NCBI GenBank assembly: GCA_965203915.1
Contig: OZ241918.1
Coordinates: 24,639 to 88,638, forward strand
Origin: Alphaproteobacteria bacterium
Lineage (GTDB): Bacteria; Pseudomonadota; Alphaproteobacteria; JASGCL01
Length of the DNA: 64,000 nt
Direction: 5' to 3'
A program made the position numbers and the translations under genes. Below are positions 28,245-37,277 of the stretch, in pieces (position 1 is the first letter of the stretch; the number at the start of each line of letters is the position of its first letter). The notes under the pieces were generated by a model. It was not told the DNA's origin, did no database searches, and saw nothing but the letters and a program-made list of their open reading frames with translations.

Positions 28245-29537
28245 ATGGTCTTAGCAAAAAATAAAAATTTGGTGATGGTGGAGCGTGGTTTGGAATCATC
28301 GGTGCTGTCGCATGTTACCGACAAATTGGCAAAATCCCATGCCTTCGAGGGTTGGGTTGGTCATCGCGCCCCCGTTTTCTACGAAAGCCTGTCTGAGGAA
28401 TATTTTGCCTTGCGCAATTCGGTAGGGGTTATCGATGTATCTATCCTGCACAAATATCTTATCACGGGGAAGGACGCCGAAAGTTATGTCAACCGTTTCG
28501 TAACCCGCGACATGCGAAAGGTTAAACCGCAACGCGTTACCTATTGCCTGTGGTGTGATGAGGAAGGCATGGTGATAGACGATGGCACCATTTTCTGCCT
28601 TAGCAAAAATCAATATATGCTGACTTGCCAAGAATCACAATGGGAATGGTTGCTGAATTTGCAGGAAGGGTTCGATGTCACGATAAAGGATCTAAGCCAC
28701 GATGTCGCCGCGCTGGCGGTGCAGGGGCCTGTTGCCTATGCTTTGTTAAAACGTTTGTCGGAGACAAAGTTGGAGGGATTTGAAATACCCGATATTAAAA
28801 ACATGAAACCATTTGATATTATGGAATGGCGCGCCAACGCGGGCGGCGGGTTTACCAAACCCAGCGCGCAACATGGCATGGCGTTGATGATATCGCGCAC
28901 GGGGTTCACGGGTGATTTGGGTTATGAATTATGGTGTCATCGCGATTTGGTGGAAACATTGTGGCATTGCCTGTTCGCGGTGGGGGCGAATTTGCGTATC
29001 AAACCCGTGGGCCAGGGGGCGTTGGGGTTAACACGGGTGGAGGCTGGCTTCGTTGCCACCAACCTCGACTTCATGAGTTCGCATGTTGCGTCGCGCACCG
29101 GGCGCGGCCGCACGCCGTTTGAATTGATGATGGGCAAATTGGTGCATTTCGATAAACCATATTTCAATGGCAAGGATGCGTTGATGCGTTTGTCGGGCGG
29201 GGGCGATGAAAACATCACCCGCAAAAACTTACGCTTCGTCTTGCACCCCATCGACATTGCCACCAAGAAGGAAGCCAAGGGCTCCATCATCTACTACAAA
29301 GAAAAAATTGAATGCGGCCATGTTACATCTTCGCTATGGTCGCCGACATTGAAACGCAATGTGGGTTATGCCGAATTAAAGGCACCATACGGCATTGACA
29401 AAAAAGAAAAATTATTCGCCGAAGTATGGACGAACAAAGAAAATATGTTCGAGAAGGTTATGGCGCCCATCACCCTGTGCGACCGACCATTCTTCAACCC
29501 GCCGCGCAAAAACCAAACGCCGCCAGGGCTTACCTAG
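28245..29537 (+). CDS. aminomethyltransferase (GcvT) family protein
   Basis: AGGAG RBS. EEYFALRNSVGVIDVSILHKYLITGKDAESYVNRF, ISRTGFTGDLGYELW and EAGF are typical of the glycine-cleavage T / demethylase family. Confidence 0.8.
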   Translation: MVLAKNKNLVMVERGLESSVLSHVTDKLAKSHAFEGWVGHRAPVFYESLSEEYFALRNSVGVIDVSILHKYLITGKDAESYVNRFVTRDMRKVKPQRVTYCLWCDEEGMVIDDGTIFCLSKNQYMLTCQESQWEWLLNLQEGFDVTIKDLSHDVAALAVQGPVAYALLKRLSETKLEGFEIPDIKNMKPFDIMEWRANAGGGFTKPSAQHGMALMISRTGFTGDLGYELWCHRDLVETLWHCLFAVGANLRIKPVGQGALGLTRVEAGFVATNLDFMSSHVASRTGRGRTPFELMMGKLVHFDKPYFNGKDALMRLSGGGDENITRKNLRFVLHPIDIATKKEAKGSIIYYKEKIECGHVTSSLWSPTLKRNVGYAELKAPYGIDKKEKLFAEVWTNKENMFEKVMAPITLCDRPFFNPPRKNQTPPGLT

Positions 29538-29569
29538 GCTTCACTTAAATTATCAAAAAATTGCTCCCC

Positions 29570-29650
29570 TAGGCTTCGCCTAGAACCAGGATTTTCATCT
29601 TTGTGGTTAGGGGGGTATAGTAAATATTAACGTAAAATCCTAACCGCACC
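29570..29650 (+). repeat. hairpin-AACC dispersed repeat, copy 2
   Basis: CTAGGcttcgCCTAG + AACCAGGATTTTCATCTTTGTGGTTAGGGGGGTATA..., then GGTTAGG...CCTAACC pairing. A half copy (CCTAGGCTTCAC, 29534-29545) provides the stop of the GcvT-like gene. Confidence 0.8.
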
Positions 29651-30701
29651 AACGGGCGTCAACAAACACCAACGGGCAACAACCGACCATGGCCGACCTG
29701 ACATCGACCTGACCTGGGGCCTGACCTGGGCTTGGTTGGGTGTTTTATTTTTTACCAACCCCGTTGCTGTCGCGGTTGCCATGCGGTTATACCGTGAACG
29801 AATGAACGGGGGTTGTCATATATGAATGGGGAATGAATGGGTGGGTTATGTCATGTTTGATAATTTTTGATAGGTTGGTTGTGGGGTTTGGTTGGAACTG
29901 GTTTCGAATCCGCAGCCTTGTGGTAGGCTCTGCCCGAGCAGGGTTATGTAAGTAAAGGGGATACTGACCACGAAAAAAGGGATGGTGGATTCAAAAAACC
30001 AATTTTTGCAAATTGCTTAATAAAACAAACCCAAGCCGTTTCATTACCAGCACTTGTCATGCCATTATATTTTGCGCCGTCGCTCCATCGGAAAAAAAAT
30101 GAAATGACGCAACAAAAATTTTTGACACGGAAGATTTTTTCTTTATCGCGCGACAAAAAATTCTGCCCCATGGGGACGCCATGCCCCACATCGGCAACGG
30201 GATCGCTGTTTGTGACCACGGCGATATACCCAGGGTGAATTCTTTAAGCCAGAAGCCCACCCCGCCCCGAATTGGAATTACAACACGGGGTAATGTTACG
30301 TGGTTTTTATTGCGGGGTAAGGGGACGACGACCGAGGCCTTGTTTCGCCGTTGCCTTTTTATAACGGGGTTGTTTTTAACGCAACCACCGCCAGGGGGCA
30401 AGGGGCTAGGTTTAAGCGGGCCAAACCCGCGATGATAAACATGCGCGGGGTTAACGCGGGGCAAGGCGGTCGGCCGTGTGATGAATGGTGTGCCGTTAAG
30501 CGATCCATTACCCACCAAACGGGGTGCGCCGTGCCGAATGATTGCCAAACCATCAACCAACAATAAAACCCGCGCCCTGTTGCCAACATGGATTAACAAA
30601 CCCAAAAATAACAAACAAAGGCCAGGTGGAAACGCCCATTTTTTCGCGAAAAATCAACATTCCCAATAACCACTATAAGAACAAAAATAGAACAAGTCAA
30701 G

Positions 30702-30806
30702 CAGGACGAGCCCTGCACCCAGGATCTTCAGCTTTGTGGTTATGGGGGTATATTTTAAACGCTCGCCGATTTTTTAATCTGCCACTCGCTCATAATAGAT
30801 AACCAT
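30702..30806 (+). repeat. hairpin-AACC dispersed repeat, copy 3
   Basis: GCAGGacgagcCCTGC + ACCCAGGATCTTCAGCTTTGTGGTTATGGGGGTATA..., then TGGTTAT...ATAACCA pairing. The ~45-nt core is near-identical to copy 2, with compensated stems. Confidence 0.8.
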
Positions 30807-30817
30807 CTAATTTACCC

Positions 30818-31477
30818 CTAAGGTTTTTCTGCAATCTTGCTTGCTACTTCAGCATCTGTGGTTTGTATAATACCTAGACTTTGAATAAAACCTTTGCCTT
30901 CAAATTGATTATTACTCTCTACAGAAAAATAAACTCGAACATTTTGTTTAGGATTCAAAGCAAAGCCTACCTCTTGATTACAATATGAACTTTGCCAATA
31001 ATCTCGATTGTATATAGCTACAAAAATATCCATATGCTCCATAGCGCCAACTATTAAATCGCTAAAAGATTTTTTATGATTAGCATCATCTTCTAATGAG
31101 TGCTTTGCTAAATAACACATAAATTCTCCTTTTTCTTCAATAGATTTCTTTACTGCTATGGCTCTTTTCACTACAGCATCAACATCAATATAGCTAATAA
31201 AACATTTTTTCTTATCGGTATCTTGCCATTCTCTTGGCATAGGATATGTACTTTTTCTTATCCAAGCAGTATCTTGATTGTTATATTTGGTAAGAATGTT
31301 TTCTGCTTCCATTCTAATTAAATGCCTTTTAAGCGTGTTATTATCTGTGCCTTTCCCATTATTCCTACGAGTATATTCTGTAAGCACTTCACTTAAGATT
31401 CTACCATTACCAAAAAAATTAGTTTTGTATAGATTGTTTAATATAGCTCTACATTGATTTTCTTTATTGTTATTCAT
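30818..31477 (-). CDS. winged-helix-like N-terminal domain fused to a TIR-like domain
   Basis: AAGGA 7 nt before ATG 31477 (alternative TTG at 31501). C-terminal half: KKCFISYIDVD...IEEKGEFMCYL...MDIFVAIYNRDYWQSSYCNQEVGFAL. This matches the TIR boxes (FISY, hydrophobic beta-strand, then S..[WY]C..E with the conserved Glu). Confidence 0.7.
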   Translation of the reverse strand: MNNNKENQCRAILNNLYKTNFFGNGRILSEVLTEYTRRNNGKGTDNNTLKRHLIRMEAENILTKYNNQDTAWIRKSTYPMPREWQDTDKKKCFISYIDVDAVVKRAIAVKKSIEEKGEFMCYLAKHSLEDDANHKKSFSDLIVGAMEHMDIFVAIYNRDYWQSSYCNQEVGFALNPKQNVRVYFSVESNNQFEGKGFIQSLGIIQTTDAEVASKIAEKP

Positions 31478-31522
31478 TTTATTGTCCTTATCATTATTCA
31501 AAAGCTTTATAAAATTGGTTAG

Positions 31523-31906
31523 TTAAAGAATATTTGCCACGCTTTTTTTTACTAAAAAACCACGTGTACAAGCATAGTCAAAAAAATTGCCGTCAAATTT
31601 AATTTTTTTAACATTACATTTTTTCCATCGAGTTTTAACTTCTTCGTTGGTCACTAAAGTATTGCTATTTCCTTTTGCTATTAAATAAATAAAAAGCGTT
31701 ACTAATTCTTTCCCACCCTTGTCTTTTAAAGATTGTAATTTCTTGACATTTGCTCTGTCATCTAATACTAAATCAATACCATTAGGCAATATTGATAAAG
31801 AAGGTGGCGCTACCGATAGGCTACCTGATTCGACTCCCGCTAGCGATTTTATTTTATGCAATGCGCTTTCTATTATTTCAATTTGTTCTAATAATTCTTT
31901 TGTCAT
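31523..31906 (-). CDS. small protein of unknown function (N-terminal amphipathic helix, basic C-terminal half), middle gene of TIR operon
   Basis: GGGAG 8 nt before ATG 31906, only 3 nt after the upstream stop. LLEQIEIIESALHKIK helix. The C-terminal LVTLFIYLIAKG...RGFLVKK is suggestive of an HTH or winged helix. Confidence 0.6.
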   Translation of the reverse strand: MTKELLEQIEIIESALHKIKSLAGVESGSLSVAPPSLSILPNGIDLVLDDRANVKKLQSLKDKGGKELVTLFIYLIAKGNSNTLVTNEEVKTRWKKCNVKKIKFDGNFFDYACTRGFLVKKSVANIL

Positions 31907-31909
31907 ACT

Positions 31910-32251
31910 TTAAACTCCCTTCTTGATAATATAGGTATATTTTTTAGGCTTTCCTTTTTTAAGCAAAATATTGTTTTTTACTAAAGTTTTTAGGCTTTCA
32001 TTTACTAATTGGTCAGAACCATTAAATTGACATTCTTTTAATCCCGCCTTTATTTCAGAAACATTTTTATCATTCTTAAAGAAGCCGTCCTTTGTCATTT
32101 TTTTTAACACATCAGCCATTGTTCTTTTGGGAGCATCCTTATTTCCTGTTAAATTGGAAGGCTCCTTCGTTTCAACTTTCGCATTTTTTAGCAGCGTATC
32201 AATTTTAGTTTCAATGCTATTTAATTTTTTTAATATATCATTATTATTCAT
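31910..32251 (-). CDS. small coiled-helix + winged-helix-like protein, first gene of TIR operon
   Basis: AGGAGA 7 nt before ATG 32251. The ORF track extends it to a TTG at 32284, which has no RBS. Paralogue of 12799-13167. Confidence 0.6.
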   Translation of the reverse strand: MNNNDILKKLNSIETKIDTLLKNAKVETKEPSNLTGNKDAPKRTMADVLKKMTKDGFFKNDKNVSEIKAGLKECQFNGSDQLVNESLKTLVKNNILLKKGKPKKYTYIIKKGV

Positions 32252-32433
32252 TTTTCTTTCTCCTGAATTGGTTTCGTATTGCAATTTATACGATTCTTCG
32301 ATCTAGTCCAATAAAATAAATACAACTAAAGGATTTATAAAATTTTAGTAAGGAATAATAAAAACCTAATCAGACAAGGCCAATTAATATTATCGAAAAA
32401 ATACCGCCATCGCGGGCTAATGGCAACTAGTTT

Positions 32434-32542
32434 GGTTGCAGGCAAAGCCTGCCCCTCAAGTAGCGTTAGCGATAGCGCAAATTTAATTGGTTCTAGGCGT
32501 AAGCCCGCGCTCAAGCAACGAAGTGATAGCGCAAATTTAATT
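32434..32542 (-). repeat. two tandem units (55 + 54 nt) of a hairpin-AACC-related repeat, minus orientation
   Basis: Read on the minus strand, each unit is AATTAAATTTGCGCTATC...GCAGGCtttGCCTGC-AACC (the second has a degenerate stem and CGCCTAGAACC). The unit start supplies the TAA stop of the homocysteine methyltransferase gene. Confidence 0.75.
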
Positions 32543-33604
32543 GGTGGCGTCGCCGATGGGGTCGGTGGGGGTGGGGGCCGATTTGTGGGCGTGTTTCAGG
32601 GTGTTGGGGGGAATGGGGCCGAGGATTGTTTGAATGACATCGGGGGTTATGCTATCGCGGTCGGGGTAGCGTGGGTTTTGTGCTTCGCCGCGCGCACCGT
32701 GGAGTATGGCGGTGAGGCTGGGCCCGTCGGTTCCGCAACAACCGCCAATTAAACGCGCGCCAAGGGCGTAGGCGAGTTGGCCATAATCCATCATCATGTC
32801 GGCGGTGCCGTCGAATTCGAATTGGCCATCGACATATTGGGGAATGCCGCGGTTAGCCTTCGCCACCAACAGCGGCGGGTTTTTTAATTGCATGGCGGCA
32901 AGGTGGCGTTGCCATTGCCATAGGCTGTAAACTGATTCGGCGGGGCTCTTCCCACAATTGATGCCGAATGCGACAATGTTGGGCGACATTGTTAATAATT
33001 GTTCCACGGCCTTTTCGGGGGAGATTCCCATCATGGTTTTGCCATTGGTGTCGAATGTCAGGGTGATGACGATGTTTTTTTTATTGACGATGCGGTCGGC
33101 GGCCTTGACGATGGCGGCGACTTCCTCCACCGCTGACATGGTTTCTATCCAAATAAGGTCGGCCCCCGCACGGTCGAGGGCTTCGATTTGCGCGCCGAAA
33201 CCTTCTATGGCTTCGTCCTCGCTTAATGCGCCAAGCGGCATGAGCAATTCGCCCGAAGGGCCAATGTCGCCGCCGATGAAAACGGAGCGGTCGGGCGATT
33301 TGTTTTTGATGGCTTGTTGCACATTTTCGACGGCGCGTTGGTTAAGGATGGCAAGGTCGCCCTCGGCCCTATGCAATTTTAAACGGAATGGGTTTGCGCC
33401 GAAACTGTTGGTGAGGATGATGTCGGCACCGTGTTCGATGAATTCTTCATGCACCGAAGAAATTTTTTCGGGGTGGTCGCGATTCCACAATGCTGGTTCG
33501 TCGCCCGAAATTAACCCGCGGGTGAACAGGTTTGTTCCCATGGCCCCGTCAAGCAACAAAAATCCGTTGTTGCTTTTTTCTAATTCATGGCGCAGGTCGA
33601 GCAT
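32537..33604 (-). CDS. homocysteine S-methyltransferase family protein
   Basis: LLLDGAMGTNLF, ILTNSFGAN, GINCG and IGGCCGT (zinc-Cys motifs) are typical of the Pfam S-methyl_trans domain (MmuM/BHMT/MetH N-terminal module). Confidence 0.8.
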   Translation of the reverse strand: MLDLRHELEKSNNGFLLLDGAMGTNLFTRGLISGDEPALWNRDHPEKISSVHEEFIEHGADIILTNSFGANPFRLKLHRAEGDLAILNQRAVENVQQAIKNKSPDRSVFIGGDIGPSGELLMPLGALSEDEAIEGFGAQIEALDRAGADLIWIETMSAVEEVAAIVKAADRIVNKKNIVITLTFDTNGKTMMGISPEKAVEQLLTMSPNIVAFGINCGKSPAESVYSLWQWQRHLAAMQLKNPPLLVAKANRGIPQYVDGQFEFDGTADMMMDYGQLAYALGARLIGGCCGTDGPSLTAILHGARGEAQNPRYPDRDSITPDVIQTILGPIPPNTLKHAHKSAPTPTDPIGDATN

Positions 33605-33610
33605 GGCGGG

Positions 33611-34351
33611 TTATTGATTTTTTTCCGCGGCTAGGCATTGTTGTTCGAAACCATGGCGTAATTCTTTGTCCTGCTTGAACAGACCATGGTAATGTTTGGT
33701 AATGGTGTCGACGCCGCCCTTCTCTACCCCGCGGGTTTTCATGCAAAAATGTTCGGCGGTTATCATCACGGCGACGCCGCGTGGTTTCAACGCGTGCAAA
33801 ATAGCGTCAGCAATTTGTTTGGTCATGGTTTCTTGGGTTTGTAAACGTTTGGCAAAAATTTCAACAACGCGGGCGATTTTGCTTATGCCGACAATTTTGC
33901 CCGCGGCGTGGTAAGCCACATGGGCGTGCCCAATGATGGGCGCCAAATGATGTTCGCAATGGGAATGAAACGGAATGTTGGTAAGCAAAACCATGTCGTC
34001 ATAGCCCGATGTTTCGGTGAATTGCTTGGCCAAAATATTTTCTGGCGACATGGCATAGCCGTTGAAATAATCGTCGAAGGCCTTCACCACCCGTTTGGGG
34101 GTGCCGACCAAACCATCGCGCGTGGGATCCTCGCCAATATATTCAAGCAACGTGCGCACCGCGGATTCGGCGGATTCGCGCGACACGGTGCCGCGCGGCG
34201 TGTTGCCATTGTTACCAACGGCGGATAATTTGACGGGGTTGCCACCGTTGATACCATGGTCATGGTCGGCCAACAATTGGTCGGTGCTTTGGCTGGTGGC
34301 TTGGTTGGTATGTTGATATGACATCAAAGGTTTGTTTTTTATACGCATCAC
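33611..34351 (-). CDS. folE: GTP cyclohydrolase I
   Basis: [29 protein letters not shown]. It has about 50 extra N-terminal residues relative to typical FolE. Confidence 0.9.
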   Translation of the reverse strand: MMRIKNKPLMSYQHTNQATSQSTDQLLADHDHGINGGNPVKLSAVGNNGNTPRGTVSRESAESAVRTLLEYIGEDPTRDGLVGTPKRVVKAFDDYFNGYAMSPENILAKQFTETSGYDDMVLLTNIPFHSHCEHHLAPIIGHAHVAYHAAGKIVGISKIARVVEIFAKRLQTQETMTKQIADAILHALKPRGVAVMITAEHFCMKTRGVEKGGVDTITKHYHGLFKQDKELRHGFEQQCLAAEKNQ

Positions 34352-34515
34352 AACATTTCCTTTTTTTGCTTCGTTGGATTATTTGGCTTAATTTTTCTGA
34401 ATGGCTTTAGCTTGATTTTTAAACCGCCGTTGTTTTATGATGTAATATGATGAGAAAGCGGGGATTTATTATTTGCGGGATTGAGAAAAATCCCATAAAT
34501 ATAATGTAATTTATT

Positions 34516-35205
34516 ATGCCCGAAAAAAAAGATTTTGTCCAGCTAGAAAAGCCCGCCGCCGAAGCCCCCACCAAACCCGCAAGCAACGATGCGGCGGGGC
34601 AACATGCGGGCGGGGCGGGGTTTATGCCGCATGATAAAACGGCGAGTGATGAGCGGCGCGAGGATAAGGCGGCGAGTGATAAGCAGCAGGCCGAGGCGAC
34701 ATTGGCATTTTATGAAGAAAAATTATTGGCGATGGCCGAAGCCCTGGCCGAAGAAAAAAAACATCGGCCACAAATTTACCCCGCCACAACCGATGGAACG
34801 GGCGCGATTGATTTTGAGCAAGCCGAAAAAACCGCGCCGCATGTTGGTAAAAAACATAGCAGGATGTGCGGCAGTGTTATCAAGGCGGCGTTTTGGTTGC
34901 ATAAAAAAAATAATGACATGGTTATCAGCGCGATTTTTTTGCAACCCCAGGCATGTTTGTTGGGGCGGGTCGCCGCCGATATAACCACCAAGGTTTTGGT
35001 GGGGGAAAATTTGGCGGGGGTAAAATTATTACGCGGGTTGTTGCGCGATTTGTTACAGGGTAAACGCGACGACATGCCCAAACCATTCGATGGTTTTAAT
35101 TGTTTTATGGCGGTGCGTTATTTGCAAAATCGGCATGGGGCTATTTTATTACCCGTCGATGTGGTAATAGAAACATGGGAAAAAGATTTAATAAAAAATG
35201 CTTAA
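34516..35205 (+). CDS. hypothetical protein, C-terminal IscU/SufU(NifU-N)-like region with a low-complexity N-terminal half
   Basis: The N-terminal ~110 aa are A/E/K-rich. The C-terminal RMCGSVI...QACLLGRVAADITTKVLVGENL...VRYLQNRHGAILL loosely follows the IscU pattern. This is a by-eye alignment only. Confidence 0.4.
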   Translation: MPEKKDFVQLEKPAAEAPTKPASNDAAGQHAGGAGFMPHDKTASDERREDKAASDKQQAEATLAFYEEKLLAMAEALAEEKKHRPQIYPATTDGTGAIDFEQAEKTAPHVGKKHSRMCGSVIKAAFWLHKKNNDMVISAIFLQPQACLLGRVAADITTKVLVGENLAGVKLLRGLLRDLLQGKRDDMPKPFDGFNCFMAVRYLQNRHGAILLPVDVVIETWEKDLIKNA

Positions 35206-35542
35206 GGACGAATTTTTAGCAAGCGTTAAGTTTGATGATAGGGGCTTGCTGCCCGTGGTGGTGCAATCGATAAAAGATAAGCAGGTGTTGATGCAAGCAT
35301 TCATGAACCGTGCGGCATTGGAGCAAACATTGGCAACGGGGCGCATGGTTTTTTGGTCACGGTCGCGCGGCGCATTGTGGGTCAAGGGCGCGACATCGGG
35401 CAATTATCAAGACTGGCAAGAATTGTTGTTGGATTGCGACGGCGATAGTTTGTTGGCGTTGGTGGTTAGCCATGGCCCCGCTTGCCACATGGGCACCGAC
35501 AGTTGCTTTCAAAGGAAATTAAGCCAGTCGCGCGGCGATTGA
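35198..35542 (+). CDS. hisI: phosphoribosyl-AMP cyclohydrolase
   Basis: GLLPVVVQ...VLMQAFMNRAALEQTLATGRMVFWSRSRGALWVKGATSGN...DCDGDSLL...GPACHMGTDSCF. Confidence 0.9.
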   Translation: MLKDEFLASVKFDDRGLLPVVVQSIKDKQVLMQAFMNRAALEQTLATGRMVFWSRSRGALWVKGATSGNYQDWQELLLDCDGDSLLALVVSHGPACHMGTDSCFQRKLSQSRGD

Positions 35543-35630
35543 GCCGCCCGCCAATGAATGTTGGATAAGAGGATTAAGCCTGATTCAAGTAAGGAACGCC
35601 GCGACAAAAAATAAATGCCACGCGGAAAAA

Positions 35631-36737
<1,107 letters not shown>

Positions 36738-36764
36738 TTATAATCAATATATTATTATCTTTGA

Positions 36765-37277
36765 TTATTTTTTAATAAAGTTTTTCGCCAATTCCAAAAA
36801 TAATTTTTTTTGGTCATTGTCGGTAATTTTATTGTAAGCAACCACCAATTCCAACACATCTTTGCGTTTGAATGGGTCATTGGCCGCCGCGCCCGTTCTT
36901 TCATAACCCCTGCTTGAATTGGCGGGGTCAAATACGCCTTCGACATTATCATTGTCTGCCATGCCCGCGGTTTGCTTGGGCATCAAATCAACGAATAATT
37001 TCTTCGTGTCGGCGGTGATATCTTGAAAAAAGAAGTCGATGGGGGTTTGCAAAATCAACGACAATTCATACAAGCGCGAACAACCAATACGGTTGCTGCC
37101 GCGTTCATATTTTTGCACTTGTTGAAAGCTTATGCCAAGCAATTCGGCAAGGTCGGTTTGCGTTAAGCGCAACATTTTGCGTCTTAAACGGATACGATCA
37201 CCCACATGTTTATCAATTGGGTGAGCAGTTTCATCATCGACCAAGTCAATGATGGCTGCGAGAGATTTTTTTACCAT
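36765..37277 (-). CDS. XRE-family helix-turn-helix transcriptional regulator
   Basis: VGDRIRLRRKMLRLTQTDLAELLGISFQQVQKYERGSNRIGCSRLYELSLIL is a canonical Cro/C1-type HTH. Confidence 0.8.
   Translation of the reverse strand: MVKKSLAAIIDLVDDETAHPIDKHVGDRIRLRRKMLRLTQTDLAELLGISFQQVQKYERGSNRIGCSRLYELSLILQTPIDFFFQDITADTKKLFVDLMPKQTAGMADNDNVEGVFDPANSSRGYERTGAAANDPFKRKDVLELVVAYNKITDNDQKKLFLELAKNFIKK

Noticed and set aside
29895-29940. tRNA- or tmRNA-like string GGTTTCGAATCC next to the island. It could have been a tRNA 3' fragment or att site, or the acceptor piece of a two-piece alphaproteobacterial tmRNA.
   Set aside because: The flanking bases do not form a T-stem (CTGGT versus CCGCA are not complementary). 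There is no acceptor stem or CCA context and no tag-peptide-like reading frame nearby.
30057-30614. 185-aa minus-strand ORF and several overlapping 70-90-aa ORFs in the 1.1-kb segment.
   Set aside because: The translations are Pro/Gly/Arg-rich and low in complexity. They overlap each other in several frames on both strands, have no RBS and contain no recognisable motif. I treat them as non-coding.
30763-32420. Terminal inverted repeats or target-site duplication for the TIR island itself. The candidates are GCCGATTTTTTAAT on the left and GGCGGTATTTTTTCGAT (reverse complement) on the right.
   Set aside because: The match is short, gapped and A/T-run driven, so it is not distinguishable from chance by eye.
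32434-32542. Possible CRISPR array, because of tandem ~55-nt units.
   Set aside because: There are only two directly abutting units with no spacers and no cas genes. The units belong to the dispersed hairpin-AACC repeat family.
32420-32752. 110-aa plus-strand ORF (Gly-rich).
   Set aside because: It runs through the tandem repeats and antisense to the well-supported homocysteine methyltransferase gene. It is a shadow ORF.
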